This document shows, in pieces, positions 24,001 through 35,448 of a DNA stretch of 64,000 bases. The number at the start of each line of letters is the position of its first letter. The stretch's first letter is position 1. The DNA comes from Eledone cirrhosa (taxonomy: Eukaryota). The DNA lies in contig OZ024741.1 of the NCBI GenBank assembly GCA_964016885.1, positions 78,306,001-78,370,000 on the forward strand, given 5' to 3'. The translations under genes were made by a program, and so were the position numbers. The notes below the pieces were generated by a model that had not been told where the DNA came from, made no database searches, and worked only from the letters and a program-made list of their open reading frames with translations.

Positions 24001-25250
24001 TAGAGTCAAAAGGACTTAAAATTAACCTGGCTAAGACCAAAGTTCTAGTTTGTAGGAAAGAAAACAAGGCGGCGGTCCCTTCTGGGAAATGGTCGTGCTC
24101 GGTGTGTAGGAAAGGCGTAGGTAGAAACTCCATTTTGTGTCCTAAATGCAAAGTATGGGTGCATAAAAGATGTAGTGGGATCACAGGTAAGCTAACTAAG
24201 AACATAGATTTTACATGTGGCCGGTGTTCTGGTGCAATAAGTAGCAGCAAGTGCCCACAAACTACTAGCTCTTTCAATTGCGCAGAGGGTTCTATAGAAA
24301 TAGTGGACAGCTTCCGTTACCTGGGCGATAAAATCAGCAGTGGGGGAGGGTGCTCTGAAAGTACTGTAGCTAGAGTCAGAACTGGTTGGAAAAAGTTCAG
24401 AGAGCTTATACCACTATTAGCTGCTAAAGGGTTCTCCCTAAAAATGAAAGGCAGGTTGTACGATGCCTGCATACGAACAGCAATGTTGCATGGCAGTGAG
24501 ACCTGGGCATTGTGTGCAGAGGATATACGCAGACTAGAGAGGAACGAAGCTTGCATGCTCCGCTGGATGTGTAACAGTAATATACGTGAATGGCAAAGCA
24601 TAAACGAACTAAGGAAAAAATTAGAGATAAGAGGGATCAGATGTTGTTTACTCGAGAGAAGGCTACGTTGGTATGGACACGTGATGCGCATGAAAGTCGA
24701 TAGCTGTATAACAAAGTGCAGGGCAATAAAGATAGACGGTAGCCACGGAATAGGCAGACCTAGAAAAACCTGGGACGAGCTGATAAACTCCGACCTCACA
24801 CACTTACACCTCTCCAAGACAATGTCACTGGACCGAGACCTTTGGCGGTACTCAGTAACAGAGAAGACCCGCCTTGCCAGTAGGCATCTCTAACAAAATA
24901 CACCCCGTCCCACCACCACCACCCCCACCCCATCCCCACCACCCCGTCCTATGTAAAGTTATGTTGGTGCCGCGCCATCCGGGCCGAAACAAATGAGATC
25001 GTGTAGGTGTCACGACAAAAAAACACACAGTCCACGCTGTAATGTGGCCGTGTAGGCAACACGGTAAAAACCTCCCAGACCCACACTGTAAATGTGGTTG
25101 GTGTTAGGAAGGGCATCCAACTGTAGAAAACCTGCCAGACAGTCCTATGCGAGCAAGACAATCACTCTTGCCTCAAGTGGGACTACCCCCGTCCAAACCC
25201 ATGCAAGCGTGGAACACGGACGTTAAACGTTGATGATGATGATGATGATG
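21094..25250 (+). mobile_element. Apparently full-length RTE-type LINE inserted into the 310-bp array
   Basis: The array unit is split precisely at ttcgaat|attctatg. The insert has a 5' region with CCAAT-containing tandem repeats, a single ORF, a 3' UTR and a (GAT)n tail. No clear target-site duplication. Confidence 0.95.
21711..24893 (+). CDS. LINE ORF: APE endonuclease, reverse transcriptase and PHD-type Cys/His finger (1060 aa)
   Basis: TINVGTL, CIQETRW, AGDLNGH and SQHRL (APE); AFVDLEKAFD, GVHQGSVLSP and YADD (RT); CSVC..CPKC..WVHKRC..CGRC. No stops. Confidence 0.97.
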   Translation: MPMLKSNSPRGRECEHSSLFRPRMANITPSPPAPHHPHPPNAIQNFRVGTINVGTLKGRANEVVEMLERKEVDVCCIQETRWRGGSARFIEGKKRCYKLFWVGNDDGLGGVGIMVAEKWADKIIDVNRVNDRIIKIRLVLNRTTVTVISAYAPQSGLPGTIKDRFYETLMLTTSQISDSDYIIIAGDLNGHVGEHCDGYDEIHGGYGFGTRNEEGSRILEFCDANNLTICNTNFKKRDNHLITYRSGEHTSQVDYILTRRRDRVSVVNTKSLPHEECTSQHRLIISDLIVRSRRTRQQKRTILRRKIWKLKDPTVKNKFQNILLDAFDSKEEHLESDNIEGQWEFLKANLLLATDEVCGWSRPVGRRRVTWWWNSKVEESIKAKKQAWKVWRDGGSRVDYQVARREARREVYLARREAEERKFKHVLQRDDQKREVFRIARQCVKENRDIVGEKCVLNDDGILAITDTDKKAAWKCHYERLLNEENKWEKDSLPHVDPIEGPAVLVEGSIISKAIKDMKTGKAAGPSEIVAEMLKASGTVGHTMVTRIVNQVVQNGAVPKDWHSSIIVNCYKGKGDALDRSNYRGIKLIDQVMKVTEKVIAQLIRERIDLDEMQFGFVSGKSTTDALFIVRQLQEKYLAKGKPLYLAFVDLEKAFDRVPRSIIWWALRKLGVDEWLVRAIQAMYKETVSKVRINNEYSEEFSVKVGVHQGSVLSPLLFIIALQAITEEFKTGCPWELLYADDLTLIAESMAELEKKFQTWKHGLESKGLKINLAKTKVLVCRKENKAAVPSGKWSCSVCRKGVGRNSILCPKCKVWVHKRCSGITGKLTKNIDFTCGRCSGAISSSKCPQTTSSFNCAEGSIEIVDSFRYLGDKISSGGGCSESTVARVRTGWKKFRELIPLLAAKGFSLKMKGRLYDACIRTAMLHGSETWALCAEDIRRLERNEACMLRWMCNSNIREWQSINELRKKLEIRGIRCCLLERRLRWYGHVMRMKVDSCITKCRAIKIDGSHGIGRPRKTWDELINSDLTHLHLSKTMSLDRDLWRYSVTEKTRLASRHL

Positions 25251-25575
25251 ATTCTATGTCTATATTCACATATATATCGCTATTTCAGAGCATTTATTCC
25301 AATTTCTAATTTCTGCCGGACCGGCAACCGCTCTTTCAAACCAGTTCCTGTACACAGCTAAGTATTCTATAAGTCTCTAGCTGTGTCATTCTCGATAAAA
25401 GCACTGGATATGTAGTCCTGATGATTTCTAACAAGAATGAAACGCGTAGATTACTTCCCTTGCTTTTATCGAGAATCTAATTGTAATACGTGACGTATTC
25501 TATTCTATAGCGATTAGGTCTTCAAAATGTTTATTATAAACATACAGAATATTTTCGAATATTCTATGTCTATAT
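25251..25575 (+). repeat. Remaining ~1 unit of the 310-bp array
   Basis: Continues the unit broken at 21093 and ends in (TA)n. Confidence 0.95.
25388..25476 (+). ncRNA. Type I hammerhead ribozyme, family A
   Basis: Same motif, with CTGATGA at 25418. Confidence 0.88.
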
Positions 25576-26052
<477 letters not shown>

Positions 26053-26058
26053 CAATAT

Positions 26059-26189
26059 ACATATTGTCTATATGCTTCAGCTTCGGCTTGTACCCGTGGT
26101 AAGTCGGGTCTTCTGTATTATTGCGTGATGCCTGAGGTCACGGTCGTGTGTCATCACCTTTAGAGGTGCAATTGGGTAAGGTCGGCTTT
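26059..26189 (-). mobile_element. RTE subfamily-2 ORF-end fragment
   Basis: Similar to 33264-33392. Confidence 0.8.
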
Positions 26190-26198
26190 ATATATATA

Positions 26199-27553
26199 CT
26201 AGCTGGCACCCGGCTAGGTATACCGGCATTTTATCTTTTCAGGAATCCTCCCTACACTCCAGGGCAAAGATACCGCACGCTCTCTGAAGTCAGTAGTTTT
26301 TATGATTCCCCAGTTCAGCAGCCAGTATGTTAAAGAAAATTGATAGTTACAACAATAAAGGCTGAACAGAGAACAAATTTTTTAACAAACAATAATTTGT
26401 ACAACCATAATGGAAATTCCAAGTAACAGAAAATATTTAAATTACATTGTTAGAGCCTCAGAGTATACACTATTTTTTGTTCAGCCCTCTGGAGCAAAGA
26501 TGAAGAGATTGTTTGGCGAGCTCACCCTAGAGCATCCTACATACAATTGACCATGGGAGAATCACTGATTTCATAGCTCGTCTCGCGTAGAAGCTCTGTA
26601 GACGTTGACCTCTGGACACTCCTGTCAGAAGCAGGTAAGCTGTAGTGACTTAGAGGCCTACCACCAATCTCCAGGACACTGTTTTCAAGACAAATGAGCG
26701 CCTCATTGAAAACGACATTGTATGTTACGTTTGGATTGTGTCTGCATGTGCGGTGGAGGATGTCCTCAGCTAGACTTTCCCGGTGGTTGTTCCACAGTGT
26801 GAGAGGGTCGGCGAGATCGCAATTGTGCAGCATAATAGCAAAAAGTTTTCACAGCTGAGAAGGGACTTTAGCAGTTGCTGCTTCTTGCAAGGTGAGGTAC
26901 CAATGGCTGTCATCGTGTAACATACCACGCATCTGGCAAGCCAAACGGTAAGTGGAACATTGATGGCCATTGATGGTTCTCAGATCTTGGAAAGACTGTG
27001 GTCCTCTCACCTCGAACAGTAACAATGACGATAAGCCGTCTGTGCTTTCGTGAAATAAATAGGTTTTTGTTTTTGTGTATGCAAAAATATCTGTACACGA
27101 ATATATATATCAAAATAACAGTTTAAGCAAAGAATCGCTGCTTTCATCCTTAACGGGATTTTCTGAAACTTAAAAAAATCTGTCTGTGAACGCAGAAGTA
27201 AATATTTCGAAAAACGTTATCTAATGCAGACAGTCAGACATATTATAAGGGCGCTACATTATAGCTATGTATCTATCTAAAAAGACAGACTAAGAAAAAG
27301 AGGGAAATGTTGTCCGATGTCATAAGAAAAAGTTAGGAATGACGTATAACCGGAAGTGTTGACATTTGAAATTTTTAAGAAGTGAATATTTAAATAATGT
27401 CTTTAATCTTTTAATAAAATTCAGTAGAGAAAAATACCCTCACTTTTTTACTTGGAAAAAGTTACATCTATGGTGCAAATTTAGTGCTGTTTGGTCCAAC
27501 CGTTTGGCGGAAAGTTTGTTACCTACATACGGCCGTCAGCTTTATAGTATAGA
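26199..27553 (-). mobile_element. Internally deleted Helitron
   Basis: 5' TC at 27553 and 3' ccgg..ccgg hairpin plus CTAG at 26199. Peptides LWNNHRESLAEDILHR..NEALICLE (Rep-helicase linker) and FSHGQLYVGCSRV..TKNSVYSEAL (Pif1-type helicase end) are juxtaposed. Confidence 0.88.
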
Positions 27554-27754
27554 TGTATATATATATATAACTAACAAATAGTTGTGCTTATATGCCAAGA
27601 CAAGACCAAAAATGATGAGGTCATTCTACTTACATTTGCTTAAAAAGCTGTTTGCATAATTACAAACGAATTGAATATTATTAATATTTGAAAAACTCAG
27701 ATTTACATTTTATATATATATATATATATAGTGTTGTTATCTCTGTTTACCTTT

Positions 27755-27798
<44 letters not shown>

Positions 27799-27948
27799 TA
27801 TATATATATATAAAATATTCCACTAAAAATAAATCAGTATAAACATGTTTTTAGTCACCAACAAAACATAAGAACAAAAAAAAAAAGCAAAAAAAAACCA
27901 GGCAATAGTTAAAGGAGTGTGAGAGAAGTTGTAGAATATAGTAGATAC

Positions 27949-28015
27949 CTGTTTGGCAAATGTTCACACCTCTGATCTGTTGCTGTGGCATCTGTTGCCG
28001 TAGCATCTGAAGAAT
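27949..28015 (-). CDS. Probable upstream exon of the FGD-like gene
   Basis: ttcattctcttctAG...cagGTatct, 67 nt. Encodes SSDATATDATATDQRCEHLPN(R), and its phase 2 end fits the 9090 acceptor. No homology support. Confidence 0.5.
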
Positions 28016-28269
28016 CTAGAAGAGAATGAAACAGGAAGATTTAGAAATGACAAGTCACAATTATGGAAATATCAAATTGAATAAATGAATGTACAAGATG
28101 AAAATAAGAGTGTTAGTAGAATTTAAGTATAAATATATATATATACACACACATATATATACATTATATATACACACACCTACACATACAGCAGCATGCA
28201 AGTAGATGGAAAGACAGCCAGCCAGATATATTTCATTATAAAAATATGTATGTATTATATTATATTAAA

Positions 28270-29800
28270 GGGCAGTGGATTGGCGTGTTGGACGCTATGC
28301 TTTGCAGCATAGAGTTACGACCCTTTACGTTCTGAGTTCAAATCTCGCCGAGGTTAACTTTGCCTTTCATTCTAATTGGTCAACAAAATAAAGTACCAGT
28401 AATGTACTGGAGTTGATTTAATCAACTTTCCCCTTCCCCAAAAATTGTTGGCCTTGTGCCTCAATCAGAAACCATTATATTATATTACAAACAGGGCGGT
28501 GGATTGGCAGTATCGGTAGAGAGTCGGACGCCATGCTTTCCAGCATAGTTACGTCCCTTTACAGTCTGAGTTCAAATCCCGTCTAGGTTAACTTTGCCTT
28601 TCATCCTTACGGGGTCGATAAAATAAAGTACCAGTAATGTACTGGGTAATTTATGGCCTTGTGCCAATAGTAGAAACAATTATGTCTATACATTATGTCT
28701 ATTCATTCGGTGAATTGGCAGTATCGGTAGAGGGTAGGATATGCTTTCCAGCATAGTTACGTCCCTTTACGATCTGAGTTCAATTCCCGCCGAGGTTTAC
28801 TTTGCCTTTCATCCTTACGGGGTCGATAAAATAAAGTACCAGTAATGTACTGGGATAATTGCTGGCCTTGTGCCAAAAGTAGAAACAATTATGTCTATAC
28901 ATTATGTCTATTCATTATGTCTATAAGGATGAAAGGCAAAGTTAACCTCGGCGGGATTTGAAATCAGATTGGCAAGGGCCGTAACTCTATGCGTCAATGG
29001 ATGGCAATAGACATAATGTAATAGACATAATATATAGACATAATGTATAGACATAATGTATAGACATAATGTATAGACATAATGTATAGACATAATATAT
29101 AGACATAATGTATAGACATAATATATAGACATAATATATAGACATAATGTATAGACATAATATATAGACATAATATATAGACATAATGTATAGACATAAT
29201 ATATAGACATAATATATAGACATAATGTATAGACATAAAGAACAGGTGAAATTAGAGTGAGACAGAGAGAGTAAAAAAAGAAATAGAAAACAAGAGAGAG
29301 ACTGAAGTAAGAGAAAGAGAGACATGACGGAGAGAGAGTGAAAGAAAAACATTAGCTACGTTACCATGAAGAAAATCTTCAGAGGAATGTGGACATTATT
29401 ACCATCATTAAAGTACCAGAAATGTACTGGGTAATTGCTGGCCTTGTGCCAAAAGTAGAAACAATTATTATTTTCGCCATGCTTTGAAGCATAGAGTTAC
29501 CTCCCTGTATGATCTGAGTTCAAATCCTGCCAAGGTTAACTTTGCCTTTCATCCTTCCGGGGTCGATAAAATAAAGTACCAGTAATGCACTGGGTATTTG
29601 CTGGCCTTGTGCCAAAAGTAGACACAATTATTATTATCATATCATTATCATCATTCTATCTTCTAGGTCAACTTCGCTTTTCATTTTTCGAGAGGGGCAG
29701 GGGGTCAATAAGATAAAGTACCAGTCAAGTACTGGGATCAATTTAATCCACGTTTCCTTCCCCTCAAATTGCTGGCCTCGTGCCAATGGTAGAAAGAACT
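28270..29800 (+). mobile_element. Cluster of S2 SINE copies (several plus, one minus at 28925-29006)
   Basis: Repeated gagttcaaatcccgccgaggttaactttgcctttcatccttacggggtcgataaaataaagtaccag core. Confidence 0.85.
29005..29237. repeat. 13-bp minisatellite (atagacataat[g/a]t)n
   Basis: Direct reading. Reverse-complement units occur at SINE tails near 28680 and 28890. Confidence 0.95.
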
Positions 29801-30575
29801 ATTATAATGTATTTTTTAAAATTATTTTCATTGACACACACACCAGAATCAAAATGTGTGTGTTTGTGTGAGTTTTTGTCCTTTGAACCAACTGAGATGA
29901 TAGTACAATGTTTTAAACAGTTTCAGAAAGAGGAGTTTTTGTATCTTTGCAAATGTTTTACTATTATTCGATTAATCTAACTTTAGTGAACTCTTCTGTG
30001 AAGAGGAATTAAAAACCTGTTGATGGCAACAATCTAAAAGTTCTCCAGGAAATTGATGTATTTATAGTGTGTTAACTGAAAGCTAACAGGCTTCTGATGC
30101 TGGATTTTATTATTAAAAGAAAATAACAACAAAGAGACAAAACTACAACAAAAGAACAAGGTAATGTTTAAGGTGTTGGGTGTATATTTTTTATTGTCTG
30201 TTTTGATTATTGTGTATAGAGAGTACATATATTGGGATGGGGTGAGTTACAATGGGGGGAATAACCAACAACTTCATTCTATTATGAAATTTGGCTTTAT
30301 TGCTTGTTGTTATGTTTATTATTTAAAAAAGAAACTGAAATTGAAAAAAATTTAAAGTAAAATAACATGTTGAAAATCTAATAAAAGTTTGGCATAAAAA
30401 CAGACACATACATATGTGTGTTTGTGTGAGTATATATATATATATATATATATATTCTACTACTACTATTCTATCAACTTGACCTCTTACTACTTTTCTA
30501 TTGGTCAATTCAAAACCTGTTCCCAAACAGCCCTATTATATTAAATCTTTGTTGTTTTTTTTCAATAAACAAATC

Positions 30576-30679
30576 TCATCATTTCTGAAGACACATATAT
30601 ATGTGAAGGTATGTATATTTCCTCTGATAGTTTGTAATATTTTTACATATATATCCTAGAAACGATCGTAAAATGATGA
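30576..30679 (+). ncRNA. Type I hammerhead ribozyme, family B (enlarged stem II)
   Basis: tcatcattt-CTGAAGA-[67 nt]-GAAAC-gatc-GTA/aaatgatga. Stem I is 9 bp and stem III is the palindrome ACGATCGT. Confidence 0.75.
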
Positions 30680-30744
30680 ATTTTTTAATATAAGGAACTT
30701 GTTCTTTGTTTTTATTCATTGTTTTTATTAATTTATATATATAT

Positions 30745-31074
30745 CATCATCATCATCATCTTACGTCTGCTTTTCCCTGCTTGCAAGGGTGGGACGGGAA
30801 CTGATTCTGGCTTGATTTCTACAGCTGGATGCTCTTCCTAACACCAACCTCATTTACAGTGAGTGCTGGGTGCTTTTTTGCCGTGGCACCTCCACCTTTG
30901 CAGTGGAATGATAGGGACCCCAGTCCCTATCATCTCATTTCTACAGCTGAGTAAACTGGAGCAATGTGAAATAAAGTGTCTTGCTCAAGGAAACAACACA
31001 TCACCTGGTTTGAGAATTGAACTCACAACCTTTCGATTGGAAACCCAATGCTCTAACCACTAAACCATGTGCCT

Positions 31075-31076
<2 letters not shown>
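30745..31076 (-). mobile_element. tRNA-derived SINE family S1
   Basis: Close match to 3715-4042. Confidence 0.85.
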
Positions 31077-31117
<41 letters not shown>

Positions 31118-31120
<3 letters not shown>

Positions 31121-32520
31121 GCTATAACAGAGGAGTTCAAGACAGGCTGCCCATGGGAACTCCTATACGCAGACGACCTGACACTCATAGCGGAATCAAT
31201 GGCCGAGCTAGAGAAGAAATTCCAAACATGGAAGCACGGCCTAGAGTCAAAAGGACTTAAAATTAACCTGGCTAAGACCAAAGTACTAGTTTGTAGGAAA
31301 GAAAACAAGGCGGCGGTCCCTTCTGGGAAATGGTCGTGCTCGGTGTGTAGGAAAGGCGTAGGTAGAAACTCCATTTTATGTCCTAAATGCAAAGTATGGG
31401 TGCATAAAAGATGTAGTGGGATCACAGGTAAGCTAACTAAGAACATAGATTTTACATGTGGCCGGTGCTCTGGTGCAATAAGTAGCAGCAAGTGCCCACA
31501 AACTACTAGCTCTTTCAATTGCGCAGAGGGTTCTATAGAAATAGTGGACAGCTTCCGTTACCTGGGCGATAAAATCAGCAGTGGGGGAGGGTGCTCTGAA
31601 AGTACTGTAGCTAGAGTCAGAACTGGTTGGAAAAAGTTCAGAGAGCTTATACCACTATTAGCTGCTAAAGGGTTCTCACTAAAAATGAAAGGCAGGTTGT
31701 ACGATGCCTGCATACGAACAGCAATGCTGCATGGCAGTGAGACCTGGGCATTGTGTGCAGAGGATATACGCAGACTAGAGAGGAACGAAGCTTGCATGCT
31801 CCGCTGGATGTGTAACAGTAATATACGTGAACGGCAAAGCATAAACGAACTAAGGAAAAAATTAGAGATAAGAGGGATCAGATGTTGTTTACTCGAGAGA
31901 AGGCTACGTTGGTATGGACACGTGATGCGCATGAAAGTCGATAGCTGTATAACAAAGTGCAGGGCAATAAAGATAGACGGTAGTCACGGAATAGGCAGAC
32001 CTAGAAAAACCTGGGACGAGCTGATAAACTCCGACATCACACACTTACACCTCTCCAAGACAATGTCACTGGACCGAGACCTTTGGCGGTACTCAGTAAC
32101 AGAGAAGACCCGCCTTACCTAAATATATAGTAAAACCTACTCCAGCCAGTAGGCATCTCTAACAAAATACACCCCGTCCCACCACCCCCACCCCCACCCG
32201 ATCCACACCACCCCGTTCTATGTAAAGTTATGTTGGTGCCGCGCCATCGAGGCCGAAACAAATGAGATCGTGTAGGTGTCACGACAAAAAACACACAGTC
32301 CACGCTGTAATGTGGCCGTGTAGGCAACACGGTAAAAACCTCCCAGACCCACACTGTAAATGTGGTTGGTGTTAGGAAGGGCATCCAACTGTAGAAAACC
32401 TGCCAGACAGTCCTATGCGAGCAAGACAATCACTCTTGCCTCAAGTGGGACTACCCCCGTCCAAACCCATGCAAGCGTGGAACACGGACGTTAAACGTTG
32501 ATGATGATGATGATGATGAT
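31118..32520 (+). mobile_element. 5'-truncated RTE LINE copy
   Basis: Nearly identical to 23877-25250, with an extra 28 bp at the ORF end. Starts directly after (TA)n. Confidence 0.97.
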
Positions 32521-32722
32521 ACGTACATACATATATGTATACAGACGTACAGTAGTATGTATATATATACATACATGCACATATATATATATGCACGTAT
32601 CGGTTTACCGAACATTTATTATAATGCTTGGTTTGTTTGTTTGCAAACAAACAAACAGCCCGAATTTCGCTGTACAGTGTTTAGGCAACCACGTCACCTT
32701 TTTGTTCAACACTGACAGAGGA

Positions 32723-32765
32723 ACGATGTACTAGTTTCAAGCTTATTAGCTATCGTCAGCATCGT
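32723..32765 (-). ncRNA. Minimal type I hammerhead ribozyme, family C
   Basis: acgatg-CTGACGA-t agct aata agct t-GAAAC-ta-GTA/catcgt, with stem III palindrome ACTAGT. Confidence 0.85.
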
Positions 32766-32950
32766 ATACCTTCCTGCCAGATGGTTGAACGTCTGAAAGT
32801 ATGTACTTTCCTTATACATATTAACGGCTGAGCAGCCTAATTTGCATATCGAGTGAGTTCAGTCGGCCGGGCGCACCAAAAACGATAAATGGAATAGAAT
32901 GAAACAAAATTTCATTTCTCACTCTTAGTACGGCTCTTACTTAAATGTAT

Positions 32951-32990
32951 ACGATGCTGACGATAGCTAATAGGCTTGAAACTCGTTCTA
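32951..32990 (+). ncRNA. Degenerate inverted partner hammerhead, family C
   Basis: acgatg-CTGACGA-tagctaataggctt-GAAAC-tcgtt. The 3' strand of stem I is corrupted. Confidence 0.55.
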
Positions 32991-32996
32991 CGTCTG

Positions 32997-34100
32997 TTTT
33001 ATGTCCACTTTTCCACGCTAGCATGGGTTAGACGGGTTGTCCTGTTGTGGGCAGTGTCTGGTCGGCTGACCATGCCTTGCTCATACAGGAACTGATTTGG
33101 CTTTATTTCTACAGCTGGATGCCCTTCCTAACACCAACCTCATTTACAGTGAGTGCTGGGTGCTTTTTTCCGTGGCACCTACACATCCACTTTACAGTGT
33201 GGGCTGGGTGCTTTTTTGCCGTGGCACCTCCACGACCACTTTGCAGTGGGAGGGTTTGGGGGCATATTGTCTATATGCTTCAGCTTCGCTTGTACCCATG
33301 GGAGGTCGGGTACTCTGTATTACTGTGTGACGCCAGAGGTCACGGTCGTGTGTCATCGCCTTTGAGAGGTGTAATTGGGTAAGGTCGGTTTTTATCACCT
33401 CATCCCAGGTTTTCTTGGGTCTCCCCACTCCGTGGTTTCCATTGACTTCTAGTGCTCTGCACCTTTTTATGCAGCTGTCATCCTTCATACGCATCACATG
33501 TCCATACCAACGCAACCGCCTCTCCTGCACACAGTATTTGATTCCTCTTATGCTCAGTCTCTCTCTCAATTCATTTATGCTTTGTCGTTCGCGTATATTA
33601 CTATTACACATCCATCGGAGCATGCAGGCTTCGTTTCTCTCCAATCTACGTAAGTCTTCCACCTTCAGCGCCCAGGTCTCACTACCATGTAACATTGCTG
33701 TTCGGATACACACATCATACAGTCTGCTTTTCATTTTGAGGGAGAAGCCTTTTGCAGCTAGCAGTGGCAGTAGTTCCCTGAACTTCTTCCATCCAGTTCT
33801 CACCCTAGTTATTGTACTTTCTGAACACCCACCTCTGCTGCTAATTCGGTCACCTAGGTAGCAGAAGCTGTCTACTGTTTCTACAGAGCCCTCCCAGAGA
33901 CTGGTGGTACTTGTTTCCTCTGGCTGTTTGCTGCTTGCTGTCCCAGCACAGCTGCTGCATGTGAAGCCTACATTCTTAATTAAGCTTCCTGAGATCCCGC
34001 TACATCTCTTGTGTACCCAATGTTTGCATTTGGGGCAGAGAATGGAGTTCCTATCTACACCTCTCCTACATACTGAGCAAGACCATTTCCCTGAGGGGAA
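32997..34100 (-). mobile_element. 5'-truncated RTE LINE, diverged subfamily 2
   Basis: ORF 33192..34151 is homologous to the PHD and C-terminal part of the full ORF. Starts at (TA)n. Confidence 0.92.
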
Positions 34101-34172
34101 TATATATATATATAAACCCTTGCATATGTACAGTCTCATATACATAGACACACAAGTGCATATGTATGGGTT

Positions 34173-34203
<31 letters not shown>

Positions 34204-34630
34204 CATCATCATCACCACCACAATTTAACGTCCATTTTCCATGCTAGCGTGTGTTAGACAAGCTATGTCTCGTTATTAGGCAAGCCAAGTTAGATGACAG
34301 TGTTCTACTTATATAAAACTGATTTTGGTTTGGTTTCTACAGCTGGATGCCCTGCCTAAGGTTAACCACATTTATAGTGTGTACTGGGTGCTTTTTTTCG
34401 TGACACCTATAGTGTCCACTATATAGTGTGGAGTGGGTGCTGATTGTCGTGACACCTATACGACTACTTTACAGTGTGGTGTGGGCACTTTTGGTCATGA
34501 CACACGATCACTTTACAGTGTGGCCTGGGCACTTTTTGTCATGACACACGATCACTTTACAGTATGGGCTAGGCACTTTTTGTCATGTCATCAACACTAC
34601 CACTTTATGTATATATATATATATATATAT

Positions 34631-35060
34631 AGCAAACTGCTATGCTACACAACAGTGAAACATGAGCCTTGACTGCAGAAAACCTGTGGAGACTAGAAAA
34701 AAATGAGTTGAATATGTTCTGAAGGATGTGTAATGTTAGTGTGCATAAGTGACATAGCATAAGTAAACTGAGAGAAAAACTTAGCATAAGAGGAATTGGA
34801 TGTAGTGTGCAGGAGAGATGACTGCATTGGTATGGACCTGTGATGTGCATGGAAGATAGCAGCTGCATAAAGAAATGTAGAGAAACCCCAGTGGTTGGGA
34901 CCCATGGAAGATGCAGATCCAGGAAGACATGGGATGATGTTGTGAAAACCAACCTTAAAAAACTAAACCTCACAACTGAAATGACTAAAGATCTCAAGTG
35001 CTGGCATTATGCAGTGCTGAGCAAGACCTGACCTACAGGATACAATGTGATCTGGACTGC
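34631..35060 (+). mobile_element. Old RTE C-terminal fragment
   Basis: MEDSSCIKKCR..GRCRSRKTWDDVV, with stops and frameshifts. Confidence 0.8.
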
Positions 35061-35448
35061 CCCCCGCCTCCACTAGCACTCCTCAACAGTTATCCTGAAA
35101 ATCACTGCTTTAACTCTACCGTGCATGCCTCCTCCATTCCTAGCAGCTGCCCTGCCTCATATGAAGCAGAGTGGGGTTTACATCAAATAAAGGAAAGGGG
35201 ACATCACCAATGAGAAAACATTAGAAATAACAATAGAAATTTTAATAATTATACATAACAATAGAAAACAGAAAATATCTAGAAGGACCAGTTTCACAAT
35301 AGTGGGGAACTGCATTTTAGGGCAATTCCAAGGACCCCTCACAAAACCTCAGGTTACTTTGTAACCTCATTAGCATTGAAAGTATTTTCTCCTGGTTTCT
35401 TTCCTCCTACTTAAAAAAAAAAAAATCAGAGTGGCCCATTCAGCCACA

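Noticed and set aside
21876-24817. Minus-strand ORFs inside the LINE, recurring in its copies
   Set aside because: Antisense shadows. They recur only because the copies are nearly identical.
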